Part shown: piece by piece, positions 47,779 through 60,112 of the stretch
How the letters are laid out: every line of letters starts with the position of its first letter
Numbering within the stretch: position 1 is the first letter of the stretch
Source: Lysobacterales bacterium
Lineage (GTDB): Bacteria; Pseudomonadota; Gammaproteobacteria; Xanthomonadales; SZUA-38
Direction of reading: 5' to 3'
Length of the DNA: 64,000 nucleotides
Assembly: GCA_965212525.1 (NCBI GenBank)
Contig: CBDBVC010000013.1
Span: 27,522 to 91,521 of the forward strand
Position numbers and translations under genes: made by a program
Notes under the pieces: generated by a model
What the model was told of the DNA's origin: nothing
Seen by the model: only the letters and a program-made list of their open reading frames with translations
Database searches by the model: none

Positions 47779-49820
47779 ATGCCGTAGGATTTAAGCAGTG
47801 GACCGATTTCAGGCTCACGCCCGCGAAATGCCCTGAACGATTGTGCTGCTGGTCTTGACCCGCCCATGGCCAGCACTTCCCTGCGAAAACTCTGTCCGGT
47901 CTGCTTGTTGAAGATACCCTCCTGCTCGAAGCGGGAGAAGGCATCGGCAGCCAGTTGCTCGGCCCACAGGTAGGCATAATAGCCCGCTGCATAACCACCG
48001 GCGAACAGGTGGCCGAACCCGTTGAGAAAACGGTTGAATTCCGGATAATCCACCACGGCAATTTCAGCCCTGACCTGATCGACAATATCGAGCAGATTGC
48101 CTGCAGACTCATGACGGGCGGCATGCAGGCGGAAATCCATCACACCGAATTCGATCTGCCGAAGCAGAAACAGGCCGGACTGGAAATGGCGCGCATTCAG
48201 CATGCGCTCGAACAGGGCATCAGGCAGCGGTTCGTCATTATCAAGATGCCGGCTGAACTGCTTGATGGCCTGCTGCTGCCAGCACCAGTTTTCGAGAAAC
48301 TGACTGGGCAATTCGACCGCATCCCATTCCACATTGGCTATACCGCCCACCGAAGGATAGGGTACCTGGGTCAGCATGTGATGCAGTGAATGGCCGAATT
48401 CATGAAACAGCGTGGTCAGTTCCTGGTGATTGAGCAGCGAAGGCGATTGATCGGTTGCTGCAGCAAAATTGCAGTTCAGATAGGCCACCGGCAGCTGTGA
48501 TGAATCAAGGCCATGTCGCAGCGAACGACAGTCGGCCATCCATGCGCCACCGCGTTTCCCCTTGCGGGCAAACAGGTCGCTGTAGAATCCGGCGATCTGT
48601 TGATTGTCATTGTCGTACACTCGGTAATATCTGGCATCCGGATGCCACACCGGTACGCTTTCATCCGGCTCGAACCGGATATCGAACAGTGTCGATGCCA
48701 CATCGAACAGCCCTTTCACGGCCTGTTCGACCGGAAAATAGGGGCGAATCTCCTCATCGCTGACCTGGAACCGGTGTTGTCTCAGCTGCTCGGCGTAATA
48801 GGGCAGATCCCAGGGCGCCAGTGGTTCTCCGGCATCATGGCCGCGGTCCCGGGCAAAACGTGTCAGTTCATCGAGCTCCTCGATCGCCCGGTCGCGGGCA
48901 CGTGCGGCCAGTTCCAGCAGAAACGATTCAACCTGCGACTGCGAGCTGGCCATCTTGGTCTCGAGTGAATAGTCAATATAGGATTCGAATCCCAGCAACG
49001 AGGCCAGCTCCTGCCTCAGCGGCAGTATCTGTTCGATCAGCGCGGCATTGTCCCACTGACCGGCATGCGGCCCCTGATCAGATGCACGCGTGCAATAGGC
49101 CGTATACAGCGTTTCTCGCAATTTTCGATCGCTGGCATAGGTGATGACCGCCTGGTAGCTTGGGAATTCCAGATTGATCAGATAACCGGACTTGTCGTAC
49201 TGGCTGGCCAGAGCGGCCGCCATGTCAACAGAGCGCTCTGGCAGGCCATCAAGCGCTGCGCTGTCTTCAAAGTGCAGCTGCCAGGCATCCGTGGCATCCT
49301 GCAGGTTCTGCTGGAATGCAGTGCTCAGCGTCGTCAGCTCACGCACAAGCTCACCAAAACGCTGCTGCTGTGCCGGCGGCAGATCGATACCACTGAGTCT
49401 GAACTCACGCAAGGCGCGATCTATCACGCTACGCCGGGGCTGATCCCAGTCGGCATAGTCGGCTGACTCTTTCAGCCGGGTGAAGGCCCTGAATCGTTGC
49501 GGATCCTGATCGAGCGCCGTTGAAAAATCAGTGATCAGCACCACCGCTTCGGCATAGACCTCGCGCCATTCAGGGCTGTCCATGACCGAGTGCAGGTGAG
49601 ATGCCGGCGAGAAAGCATCATCGATCTCGGCCAGCAATGCCTCTTCCACTGCGATGAAACTGTCCCAGCTGACAGATTCCGGATCGGCCAGAACGGGCGA
49701 CATCGTACTGTGATAACGTTCGATCAACTCGTTCAGCGCCGGTATCACATGGTCAGGCTGTATCTGATCAAATGATGGCAGTGGTTGTTTGTCCAGCAAC
49801 GGGTTTGCGTTAGTATCCAA
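47775..49820 (-). CDS. prlC: Oligopeptidase A (M3 peptidase)
   Basis: KRGGAWM, LFHEFGHSLH, VELPSQ, GYAAGYY.Y.WAE. Confidence 0.96.
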   Translation of the reverse strand: MDTNANPLLDKQPLPSFDQIQPDHVIPALNELIERYHSTMSPVLADPESVSWDSFIAVEEALLAEIDDAFSPASHLHSVMDSPEWREVYAEAVVLITDFSTALDQDPQRFRAFTRLKESADYADWDQPRRSVIDRALREFRLSGIDLPPAQQQRFGELVRELTTLSTAFQQNLQDATDAWQLHFEDSAALDGLPERSVDMAAALASQYDKSGYLINLEFPSYQAVITYASDRKLRETLYTAYCTRASDQGPHAGQWDNAALIEQILPLRQELASLLGFESYIDYSLETKMASSQSQVESFLLELAARARDRAIEELDELTRFARDRGHDAGEPLAPWDLPYYAEQLRQHRFQVSDEEIRPYFPVEQAVKGLFDVASTLFDIRFEPDESVPVWHPDARYYRVYDNDNQQIAGFYSDLFARKGKRGGAWMADCRSLRHGLDSSQLPVAYLNCNFAAATDQSPSLLNHQELTTLFHEFGHSLHHMLTQVPYPSVGGIANVEWDAVELPSQFLENWCWQQQAIKQFSRHLDNDEPLPDALFERMLNARHFQSGLFLLRQIEFGVMDFRLHAARHESAGNLLDIVDQVRAEIAVVDYPEFNRFLNGFGHLFAGGYAAGYYAYLWAEQLAADAFSRFEQEGIFNKQTGQSFRREVLAMGGSRPAAQSFRAFRGREPEIGPLLKSYGI

Positions 49821-49853
49821 GATATCTCAATCCTCCGGTAACACGGTCTCATC

Positions 49854-50258
49854 ATGAACCTCAACCAGATTACCCTGCCTGCACTGGACATAGAAGCATC
49901 CAGTCGTTTTTATCGATCACTCGGCCTGAACCAGATTGTCAAATCGCCTCATTACGCCCGATTTGAGTCACCCGAGGGTGACGCCACCTTCTCCATACAC
50001 CAGCATGACAGGCCTGGTGGAGATACCGGTGTGGTGGTGTACTTCGAATGTCACCATCTGGATCAGACTGTTGATCGTCTGGCCGCGTCAGGACTGAACT
50101 TCGAGCAGCCACCCGAAGACACGCGCTGGCTGTGGCGCGAGGCCAGACTCAAGGATCCTTCAGGTAACACCATCTGTCTCTATCATGCCGGCGAAAACCG
50201 CAAATACCCACCCTGGCGGATCGATGCAACTGAACAGGCCCCGGAAGCAGAGTCATGA
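49854..50258 (+). CDS. VOC/glyoxalase family protein
   Basis: LNQITL, FY..LG, WLWREARLKDPSGN. Confidence 0.9.
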   Translation: MNLNQITLPALDIEASSRFYRSLGLNQIVKSPHYARFESPEGDATFSIHQHDRPGGDTGVVVYFECHHLDQTVDRLAASGLNFEQPPEDTRWLWREARLKDPSGNTICLYHAGENRKYPPWRIDATEQAPEAES

Positions 50259-50785
50259 GTATTCGAGCCTATCGCGATATCCTGCCCAGAATCGATGACT
50301 CGGCATGGGTCGATCCGGATGCCGTCATCATTGGTGATGTCGAGATTGGCCCCGATGCCTCGGTGTGGCCCGGTGCCGTGATACGGGGTGATGTCAACGT
50401 CATCCGCATCGGCGCTGCCAGCAACATCCAGGACAATGCTGTTCTGCACGTGACACACGATGGCAAATACACCCCCGGCGGCATACCGCTACTGATCGGC
50501 GATGGCGTGACTGTCGGTCATAGCGCCGTGCTACATGCCTGCACCGTGGGTGATCACAGCCTGATCGGCATGGGCGCTGTGGTACTGGATGGTGCCGAAG
50601 TGGGTGATCACGTGCTGGTGGCCGCTGGTGCCGTGGTATCACCTGGCAAGGTGTTACCCCCGGGAACACTGTGGCGCGGCAACCCGGCCAGGGAAGCCCG
50701 TAGTCTCAGTGACAGTGAAATTCAGATGCTGGAATATTCGGCCAGAAACTATGTCAGCCTGAAAAACGACTACATGGACAGTGCT

Positions 50786-50794
<9 letters not shown>
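50255..50794 (+). CDS. Gamma carbonic anhydrase family protein (YrdA-like)
   Basis: IRGDVN.IRIG..SNIQD..VLH, TVGH...LH hexapeptide repeats. Confidence 0.95.
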
Positions 50795-52704
<1,910 letters not shown>

Positions 52705-52722
52705 CTAGTTGAAGGGGAAATC

Positions 52723-55308
52723 GTGGCAGGAATACTGATCATCGAGCAGTCATCGACCTTGTCGAACCTGCTGCTGCGTGCACTCAATGCCGGCGGACAC
52801 AAGACGACGACCGTGATCACCGCATACGATGAGGCGCTCAAGCTGCTCGAGGACAATTACGCCGCCGGGCACCCCTATCACGCCATCGTCATCGGCATAC
52901 CCGAATCATCCGACAGCCCGATCAAGCCGATACTCGGGTTTCTGCACAACAACCCCGATGCATCCGATACACCGGTCATGATGCTGTTCCATGAACACTC
53001 CGCCTCTCTCGATGCCTGGATGAATCAGCGTGGATCGAGCCAGGCCATTCCCTGGAAGCAGTTCGCAACTCTGCCACAACATATACCACACGAAGCCGAA
53101 GTGATCGAGGCACCAATCACCCCGACATTCAGCAGTGGCAACAGCTCGGTCAACGTGCTGTTCATCGACGACTCCCAGAGCGCCCGATACGTTTACTCAC
53201 GTCTGCTTGAATCCATGGGCTTTCCGGTCAAGCTTGCCAATGACCTGAAACAGGCAGAGACCATGGCCAGTGAGGAAAAATTCGATCTGATCATCATTGA
53301 CTATTATCTGCCGGACGGTACCGGTGATGAGCTGTGTGCCAAACTGAACACCGATTCACCAAACGGTCCGATGCTGGCCATCATCACCGGCAGTTACAAG
53401 GAAGACATCATCAAGAACTGTCTGCAGGCGGGGGCTACGGACTGCATCTTCAAGAACGAAGCCAAGGAACTTTTCATCACCCGTATATCATCGCTGGCAA
53501 ATAGCATTCAGACAAGACGCTCGATTGAAGCCGAACGGTCACGACTGGAAGGCATCCTGGGTTCTGTCGGCGACGGTGTCTATGGCGTCGACGAGACTGG
53601 CAGAATCACGTTCATGAATCCGGTTGGCAGTGAAATTCTGGGTTATCCGTCGCGACACGAACTGACCGGTCAGCTGGCTCAGTCAGCGCTGCACAATGAT
53701 CTCGATGAATCGGATCCCACCATCGCCACACTGCAGCGCAGCTATCGCACCGGTGAGACACTGACCGCCCACGAGACCGTGTTTCGAAACAGCGATGGCA
53801 TGTCAATCCCGATTGAATGCACCGTGTTCCCGCTATCTATCGAATCCGTACGACAGGGTTCTGTGGTGGTCTTCCGCGACATTTCCGAGCGCAAGACAGT
53901 CGAGCAGCTACAGTGGGAACTGACCCATGATTCCCTGACCAGCCTGCTGAACAAGCGACAGTTCATCACTCAACTTGAATCTGCAATGACCGTCCTGGAT
54001 GGTTCTGATGCACACCACGCACTATTGTGGATCGATATTGACCGTTTCGAGGAAGTGATTGATTCAACCAGCCTGATGGAGGCTGACCGGATTCTTGTGG
54101 ATGTTGCCGGGAAACTGTCTTCTCAACTGAGAGAACATGACGAGGTGGCCCGTTTTGGCGGGGATACTTTCGTCATGATGCTATCCAACGTGCAACTGGC
54201 CAACCTGTTTACTGCAGCCGAGAAGTGCCGCGCCACCATCGCTGAAATCGAATATGCGGAGAATGGTGATACCCGACACGTGGCCGCATCCATCGGCGTT
54301 GCCATAATCGGCGGAAACTCCACTTCCTCCGAATACGCCCTGCAACAGGCAACCGAGGCCTGTGACACAGCCAAGAAAAAGGGCCGTGACCAGACCTACA
54401 TCTATATTCCCGAAGAAGATTCACAGACCACACAGAAACTCGAGGATGGCTGGTACGATCGATTCAAGAGTGCACTCAGGAAAGATGGCTTCACCATGCT
54501 GGTTCAGCCGATTGTCAGGACTGAGCACACACCGACCGGCTGGAAACGTGAACACCCCGGTCAGTTGCAGATCCCGGAATACAGAAACGGCAATGGTAAT
54601 GGCTCCGGACCCTCAGAGCTGATATTCGAAGTACTGATCCGCATGCACTCGGAAGACAATGAATGGATCTCGCCCAGTGTGTTTGTTCCGCTGGCCGAGC
54701 GAGTGCAGATGATCCAGGAAATTGATCAGTGGGTCATTCGTCACGCGCTCGAGTATCTGGAGGGTGTTCAGCACGATGACTACCATGTCAACCTGACGCT
54801 GAATCTGTCAAACCTGACCTTGCAGGACCCGGCCAGTCTTGATGCGATTTCCGAACTGATTTCGGAACACAGACCTGCACTGGCCAGGCAACTGATCTTC
54901 GAGATTACCGAAACTGCAGAAATCGAGAGTCTGCACAATGCCAGGCGCTTCATTACCGAAATCAAGAAACTTGGCTGCCGCTTCGCGCTGGATGATTTTG
55001 GTACCGGGTTCTCGTCATTCTCGCACCTGAAACACCTGGCCGTGGATTACATCAAGATAGATGGCATGTTCATCCAGTCGATGGTGCACAACGAGGTGGA
55101 TCGGACCATGGTCAATTCGATTACCAACATGGCACATTCACTGGGGCTGCTGACGATTGGTGAGCATATCGATTCCTCCATGATTCTGGAAGCAGCGCGA
55201 GAGTCTCAGGTGGATTATGTGCAGGGCAACTTTTTTGGTCAGCCCGTGAGTCTCGACCAGCTGAATCTGAATGACCTGATCGCACCGGTGGACGTCAAGA
55301 CCGGCTGA
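52723..55308 (+). CDS. Receiver-receiver-PAS-GGDEF-EAL protein, probably a c-di-GMP phosphodiesterase
   Basis: GTG start after GAAGGGGA; FIDDS...DYYLPD receiver; PAS; degenerate GGDTF; EVLIR, FEITE, DDFGTGFSS, IKIDG. Confidence 0.9.
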   Translation: MAGILIIEQSSTLSNLLLRALNAGGHKTTTVITAYDEALKLLEDNYAAGHPYHAIVIGIPESSDSPIKPILGFLHNNPDASDTPVMMLFHEHSASLDAWMNQRGSSQAIPWKQFATLPQHIPHEAEVIEAPITPTFSSGNSSVNVLFIDDSQSARYVYSRLLESMGFPVKLANDLKQAETMASEEKFDLIIIDYYLPDGTGDELCAKLNTDSPNGPMLAIITGSYKEDIIKNCLQAGATDCIFKNEAKELFITRISSLANSIQTRRSIEAERSRLEGILGSVGDGVYGVDETGRITFMNPVGSEILGYPSRHELTGQLAQSALHNDLDESDPTIATLQRSYRTGETLTAHETVFRNSDGMSIPIECTVFPLSIESVRQGSVVVFRDISERKTVEQLQWELTHDSLTSLLNKRQFITQLESAMTVLDGSDAHHALLWIDIDRFEEVIDSTSLMEADRILVDVAGKLSSQLREHDEVARFGGDTFVMMLSNVQLANLFTAAEKCRATIAEIEYAENGDTRHVAASIGVAIIGGNSTSSEYALQQATEACDTAKKKGRDQTYIYIPEEDSQTTQKLEDGWYDRFKSALRKDGFTMLVQPIVRTEHTPTGWKREHPGQLQIPEYRNGNGNGSGPSELIFEVLIRMHSEDNEWISPSVFVPLAERVQMIQEIDQWVIRHALEYLEGVQHDDYHVNLTLNLSNLTLQDPASLDAISELISEHRPALARQLIFEITETAEIESLHNARRFITEIKKLGCRFALDDFGTGFSSFSHLKHLAVDYIKIDGMFIQSMVHNEVDRTMVNSITNMAHSLGLLTIGEHIDSSMILEAARESQVDYVQGNFFGQPVSLDQLNLNDLIAPVDVKTG

Positions 55309-55340
55309 TCTCCTGCACGCTTGCCCCGAGGGCAGCCAGG

Positions 55341-55973
55341 TCAGATCGCATACCAGTCCGCAAGTGTCTTCATGACCGCGTCCTTGCCATTACCGCTCTT
55401 GCCTGAAAACACGATCACCTCGGCATGCACATTGATCGATGCCAGCTGTTTTTCAACTTTCCTGGCCTGTTGCAGCGCCGGACCGCGCTTGAGTTTGTCC
55501 GATTTGGTCATCAGGAGCGCACAGGGCAACCCCGCCTGATTGGCCCAGGACAGCATCTGCTCGTCGAATGGTTTCAACGGGTGCCGGATGTCTGCAATCA
55601 GCAACATGCCCTTGAGACACTCGCGTTGCTGAAGGTAGGCCCCCATGGTCTGCTGCCAGTGTTGCTGCAGCTTTTGCGATACCTTGGCATACCCGTATCC
55701 GGGCAGGTCGATCAGGCGCCGCGACTCATCCAGTGTGAAACAGACGATCTGTTGCGTGCGGCCCGGGGTCTTGCTGGTTCGAGCGAGTGATTTCTGACGC
55801 GTCAGCAAATTGATGGCTGTGGATTTTCCGGCATTGGAACGTCCGGCGACTGCCACCTCGATACCTGCATCCGGCGGCAGCTGGCGCATCTGGTGTGCGC
55901 TTGTCAAATACACGGCCCGCGCCAGCAATGCGGCAATATCACGGCTGCGCCGCTGTTGTGCACCATCTGTCAT
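55341..55973 (-). CDS. engB: Ribosome biogenesis GTPase YihA/YsxC
   Basis: GRSNAGKS, SKTPGRT, DLPGYG, TKSDK. Confidence 0.97.
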   Translation of the reverse strand: MTDGAQQRRSRDIAALLARAVYLTSAHQMRQLPPDAGIEVAVAGRSNAGKSTAINLLTRQKSLARTSKTPGRTQQIVCFTLDESRRLIDLPGYGYAKVSQKLQQHWQQTMGAYLQQRECLKGMLLIADIRHPLKPFDEQMLSWANQAGLPCALLMTKSDKLKRGPALQQARKVEKQLASINVHAEVIVFSGKSGNGKDAVMKTLADWYAI

Positions 55974-56051
55974 CTAAATGTTCGATTCGTATTACGGAAC
56001 ATGGCATAATAACCAGTCTCGATTTATAAAAATACTCCAGGAGCAGAAAAC

Positions 56052-56669
56052 ATGAAAAACCGGTGGCATGCCTTCATCATTGGCATGGCCCTGTGTGCGG
56101 TCACGGGTCAGGTTCTGGCGGATGCTGAAGCAGGTGCACGCAAGGCGATCACCTGTGTTGCCTGTCATGGCGAAGATGGAAACGGCGTCAACAATCCGAT
56201 CTGGCCCAAACTGGCCGGACAGCACAGCGATTACACGGCGCGTCAACTCGAACTGTTCCGATCAGGCGAGCGTGAGAACGCCGTCATGAACGGCATGGCT
56301 GCTGCGCTGACGGATGAAGACATCGCAGACCTGGCCGATTTCTACTCGACACAGCAAATCACGCATGAATCGGCCGATCCCGCCGCTGTGGAAACAGCTC
56401 GCAAGCTATACAAGGCTGGCGATTCCGACCGTGACATCGCAGCCTGTTCCGGTTGCCATGGCCCCTCAGGCCTGGGTATCCCCGGTGCCGGCTATCCCAG
56501 TCTCGGAGGCCAGTACAGGGACTATCTGGTTGCCACACTCAAGGCTTTCCGTTCGGGTACAAGCTGGGGCAGTGACAAGACAGCCAACATCAACATGAGC
56601 ATGGTTGCCGAGCGCCTTACCGATGCCGAAATCGAAGCGCTGGCCTCCTATATTTCAGGCCTTCACTAG
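56052..56669 (+). CDS. Diheme cytochrome c4
   Basis: Signal peptide; CVACH and CSGCH heme motifs; P.LAGQ. Confidence 0.95.
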   Translation: MKNRWHAFIIGMALCAVTGQVLADAEAGARKAITCVACHGEDGNGVNNPIWPKLAGQHSDYTARQLELFRSGERENAVMNGMAAALTDEDIADLADFYSTQQITHESADPAAVETARKLYKAGDSDRDIAACSGCHGPSGLGIPGAGYPSLGGQYRDYLVATLKAFRSGTSWGSDKTANINMSMVAERLTDAEIEALASYISGLH

Positions 56670-56836
56670 AACCTGATCACCGACTCACTGTCATGCGTCA
56701 TGCACGCATGACAGTGCCCGAATCAAATCGCATCACCACTGATCTGAAACTTTTCGGATCAGTGCCTGTCTGAACAAACCAGATCAAAACAAACACCCTG
56801 AATCCATCGCGCGATTCACTCAAGGGGGAGTGACAA

Positions 56837-57490
56837 ATGAAATCAATCATCAGCCTGTTTGTGCTGTGCCTGGTCAGCGCTGGCGTTCATGCGCAATCTT
56901 CACAGAGCACTGCATCGTTCATCGAAGGCAAACACTACCGGGTTCTGCCACAGCAGCAACCCACCACCACCGAGACTGCCATCGAAGTGGTTGAGGCGTT
57001 CAGCTACATGTGCCCGCACTGTTTCACCTTCCAGCCACATCTGCATGGCTGGCTTCAGTCACAGCAGGATGTCGAGCTGGTCAGAATGCCGGTCGCTCTG
57101 GGTCACATCAAATGGCTGAGTACAGCCAAGGCCTATTATGTTGCCGAAGCCATGGGCATACTGGATCAGACACACATGCCCATGTTCGAGACCATTCACC
57201 GACTGCGCACTGATCTTTCAGATCCCGGAAAACAGGCCGAATTCTTCAAGACCTATGGCATCACTGCTGAAGACTACAACAAGGCACTGACCTCTTTTGC
57301 CGTCGATACACGCATCAAGCGCAGCCGCGCCATGGCCCGCAATTACCAGATCAGTGGCACACCCACCGTCATCATCAATGGCAGGTACATCACCTCGCCG
57401 CTGATGGCCGGAAGCATGGAAAATGCGGTCGAGGTCATTGACATGCTGGTCAACATGGAACGTGACCGACTGGCGGTGTCACAGAATTGA
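56837..57490 (+). CDS. dsbA: Thiol:disulfide interchange protein DsbA (copy 1)
   Basis: Signal peptide; FSYMCPHC; GTP cis-Pro loop, INGRY. Confidence 0.9.
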   Translation: MKSIISLFVLCLVSAGVHAQSSQSTASFIEGKHYRVLPQQQPTTTETAIEVVEAFSYMCPHCFTFQPHLHGWLQSQQDVELVRMPVALGHIKWLSTAKAYYVAEAMGILDQTHMPMFETIHRLRTDLSDPGKQAEFFKTYGITAEDYNKALTSFAVDTRIKRSRAMARNYQISGTPTVIINGRYITSPLMAGSMENAVEVIDMLVNMERDRLAVSQN

Positions 57491-57605
57491 TTGCATGAAT
57501 CCAGACTCCGCCATGATGCTGCCCGGGGCTCTATTCAGGCAGCATTCATGACTGATTCTGGTACAATAAACCCATATCCAAACCATTAGTGGAGTTCTAG
57601 TTCAA

Positions 57606-58289
57606 ATGAAACGACTGACTGTTTTCTTCAGCCTGCTGACGCTGTCCATGATATTCGGCAATGCCCAGGCACAGTTGATGCCCGAGCCCGAATTCAAGGC
57701 AGGTGTTCACTATCAGATCATCAATCCACCCCAGCCCACCAATGATGCGTCCAAGATCGAGGTGGTCGAGGTCTTCAGTTACGTCTGCCCGCACTGCAGA
57801 AACTTCCAGCCGTTCATCGAACCCTGGGCCAAGACGCTCTCCGATGATGTACTGTTCCGCCGACAGCCCGCTGTATTCGGTCGCCCCCAGTGGGAAACCC
57901 TGGCACGCGCCTACTACACTGTGGATGCCCTGGGTGATATCGAACAGGCGCATCAGGCCGTGTTCGATGCCCTGCATGTGGAACGAAAGAACCTCACCAC
58001 CGACAATGCACTGGCTGACTTTTTCACCGATTACGGTATCAGCCGCGAAGACTACCTGAAGACGGCCAAATCATTTGCCATCGAAACCAAGATCAAGCGT
58101 GGCATCACCCTGACCAAGAACTACGGTGTACGGGGAACGCCATCGATCATCGTCAATGGCAAGTACATCACCACCGGCACCATGGCCGGCACGCTGCCGA
58201 AAACCATCGAGGTGGTTGATTTTCTTGTCAACCTCGAGCGAAGTAACGCCGCGGCCTCTGAAGGCAGTGACAGCTCGACTGGCGACTGA
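57606..58289 (+). CDS. dsbA: Thiol:disulfide interchange protein DsbA (copy 2)
   Basis: Signal peptide; FSYVCPHC; GTP, VNGKY. Confidence 0.92.
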   Translation: MKRLTVFFSLLTLSMIFGNAQAQLMPEPEFKAGVHYQIINPPQPTNDASKIEVVEVFSYVCPHCRNFQPFIEPWAKTLSDDVLFRRQPAVFGRPQWETLARAYYTVDALGDIEQAHQAVFDALHVERKNLTTDNALADFFTDYGISREDYLKTAKSFAIETKIKRGITLTKNYGVRGTPSIIVNGKYITTGTMAGTLPKTIEVVDFLVNLERSNAAASEGSDSSTGD

Positions 58290-58310
58290 CCTGCAAGCGA
58301 CTGAAAACGG

Positions 58311-58373
58311 AGGCTGTTGATTGCCGGGGGGCAACAGAAAGTTCGCCCCCTTGTGTCATCAGCCTTTTTTTTT
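58311..58373 (+). terminator. Long hairpin plus T run after the second dsbA
   Basis: AGGCTG...GGGGG..AAC/GTT..CCCCC...CAGCCT followed by a long T run. Confidence 0.65.
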
Positions 58374-58417
58374 GGTACATTGAAAAGTCTATCAACCGGG
58401 GTAACCACTCAACAGAC

Positions 58418-59186
58418 ATGTTGATTGACTCGTATGACAATCGCAGGCTCGACCAGGTCAGGTTTCTGACGTTCAATATCCAGGCGGGCACCACCACGGA
58501 CAATTACCGCGACTATGTCACCAAGAGCTGGAAACACGTGCTGCCCCATGCCGAGCGCAATCGCAACCTCGCCGCCATTGCCAACCTGATCAGGGAATTC
58601 GATATTGTCGGCCTGCAGGAAATGGACAACGGCAGCTTTCGTTCCGGCTTTCTCAACCAGTCTCAGTATCTGGCAGAAAAAGCCAGATTTCCCTACTGGA
58701 GCAGCCAGGCCAATCGCAAGGTAGGCAAGATTGCAGCCAGCAGCAATGCCCTGCTTAGCCGATTCAAGCCGGAAGAGGTGCACGACCACAAGTTACCGGG
58801 ACGGATTTCCGGACGAGGTGCACTGGTAGCCCGATACGGCACCGGAGAGGATGCCCCTGTATGTCATTGTCTCTCACCTGTCCCTGGGAAAGCGCTCCCG
58901 TGCCATGCAACTGGATTACCTGCTGGACATCATGCAGGGCAAGAAAAATATCGTGTTGCTGGGTGATCTGAATGCACAGTCGAAAATGCCCGAAATCCAG
59001 CGCTTCCTGGATCAGTCCGGTCTCGAGGCTGCCGACTGTGATTCACACACCTTTCCGAGCTGGAACCCCCAGCGCAGCATCGATTACATTCTCACCTCAC
59101 CAACTCTGAAAGCCATCGATGTCGATGTGATCAATATCGAATTGTCCGACCATCTGCCCGTGGCTACAACCATCGTCAAGGTTTGA
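58418..59186 (+). pseudogene. Endonuclease/exonuclease/phosphatase family protein with a frameshift near 58855
   Basis: N half (LTFNIQ, VGLQE, NALLSR, RGAL) in ORF 58418-58966; C half (SHLSLG, LGDLN, TFPSW, IDYI, SDHLPV) in ORF 58851-59186. Confidence 0.85.
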
Positions 59187-59349
59187 GCAAGCTCAGACAT
59201 TGAACACCGTTTGCCGCTGATTGTCGTATATCTTCAAGACATTCACACAGCAGTCATCACAGGATTGGCAAGGTCCGCTGCAACCCTTTTCGCAGCGCGC
59301 TTGTCAATCTGGCGAATTGCCGCTGACAAAATTCGAGTGAAAATAAAAT

Positions 59350-60003
59350 ATGGCACCACAACCGAAAATGCGACGAACATGCAATTACCAGCATCTGATG
59401 ATGCTACTGATCCTGTTGCCACTGGGCGCTGTGGCCAAACGCGAATACCCCTTGTGGCTGCTCACACAGATGCCCGACATGATGCACATGCGTGCTGCCT
59501 ACAACCACTACGATGATGGTTTTCCGGTGGCCGCTATCGAGAAATTCGTGCTGGCCTCGCGCTACGGCAACCTGCGTTCGCGTGTCGAAATCGGGCGCAT
59601 GTACATGGAAGGCGATGGAGTCGAACAGAATATGGCTATGGCCTACGCCTGGTTTGCACTGGCCGAGATGACCAAGGAAACGCCCTGGCGCAACAGTCGA
59701 AGTCCGCGTGAGCAACTGCAAGAACACCTGACTGAAAAACAGCGTTCTGAGGCAGCGACACTGTTGTCATCACTGGTGGTTGAGCACGGACCGGAGAAGG
59801 TCACCAAACGCATACTGTCCTGGCTTCGACGGGAAAAGCACAAACACCGTGCCCAGTTCAGCCTGATCTCTGTCGGCGGCACCACTGTCACGCGTGATCA
59901 GTTCTTCAGACAGTTGCGCCGTTATGTGGTTGAGGTCTACCTGCCCGATACTGAAGTGCGCCTGCAAGAGCTTGAAATCATCGAGGATGAGCTGGACAAT
60001 TGA
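59350..60003 (+). CDS. Sel1-like repeat exported protein
   Basis: IGRMYMEGDGVEQNMAMAYAWFALA Sel1 unit; hydrophobic leader; start codon uncertain. Confidence 0.75.
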   Translation: MAPQPKMRRTCNYQHLMMLLILLPLGAVAKREYPLWLLTQMPDMMHMRAAYNHYDDGFPVAAIEKFVLASRYGNLRSRVEIGRMYMEGDGVEQNMAMAYAWFALAEMTKETPWRNSRSPREQLQEHLTEKQRSEAATLLSSLVVEHGPEKVTKRILSWLRREKHKHRAQFSLISVGGTTVTRDQFFRQLRRYVVEVYLPDTEVRLQELEIIEDELDN

Positions 60004-60112
60004 ATTATTTGAAACGAAAAGCATCGTAGTCAGGTCTAATTCGATAGCAACCCCCTCCGTATCGGGGAAGACAATGACATGCCACAAGCTGCGAACGAGG
60101 ACAATCGTGACA

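Noticed and set aside
59894-60112. Extended N-terminus of the 59894-60601 ORF and the repeated GACAAT words near 60070-60116
   Set aside because: The extension overlaps the Sel1 gene; RBS and lipobox support a start at 60113; the repeats are short and irregularly spaced
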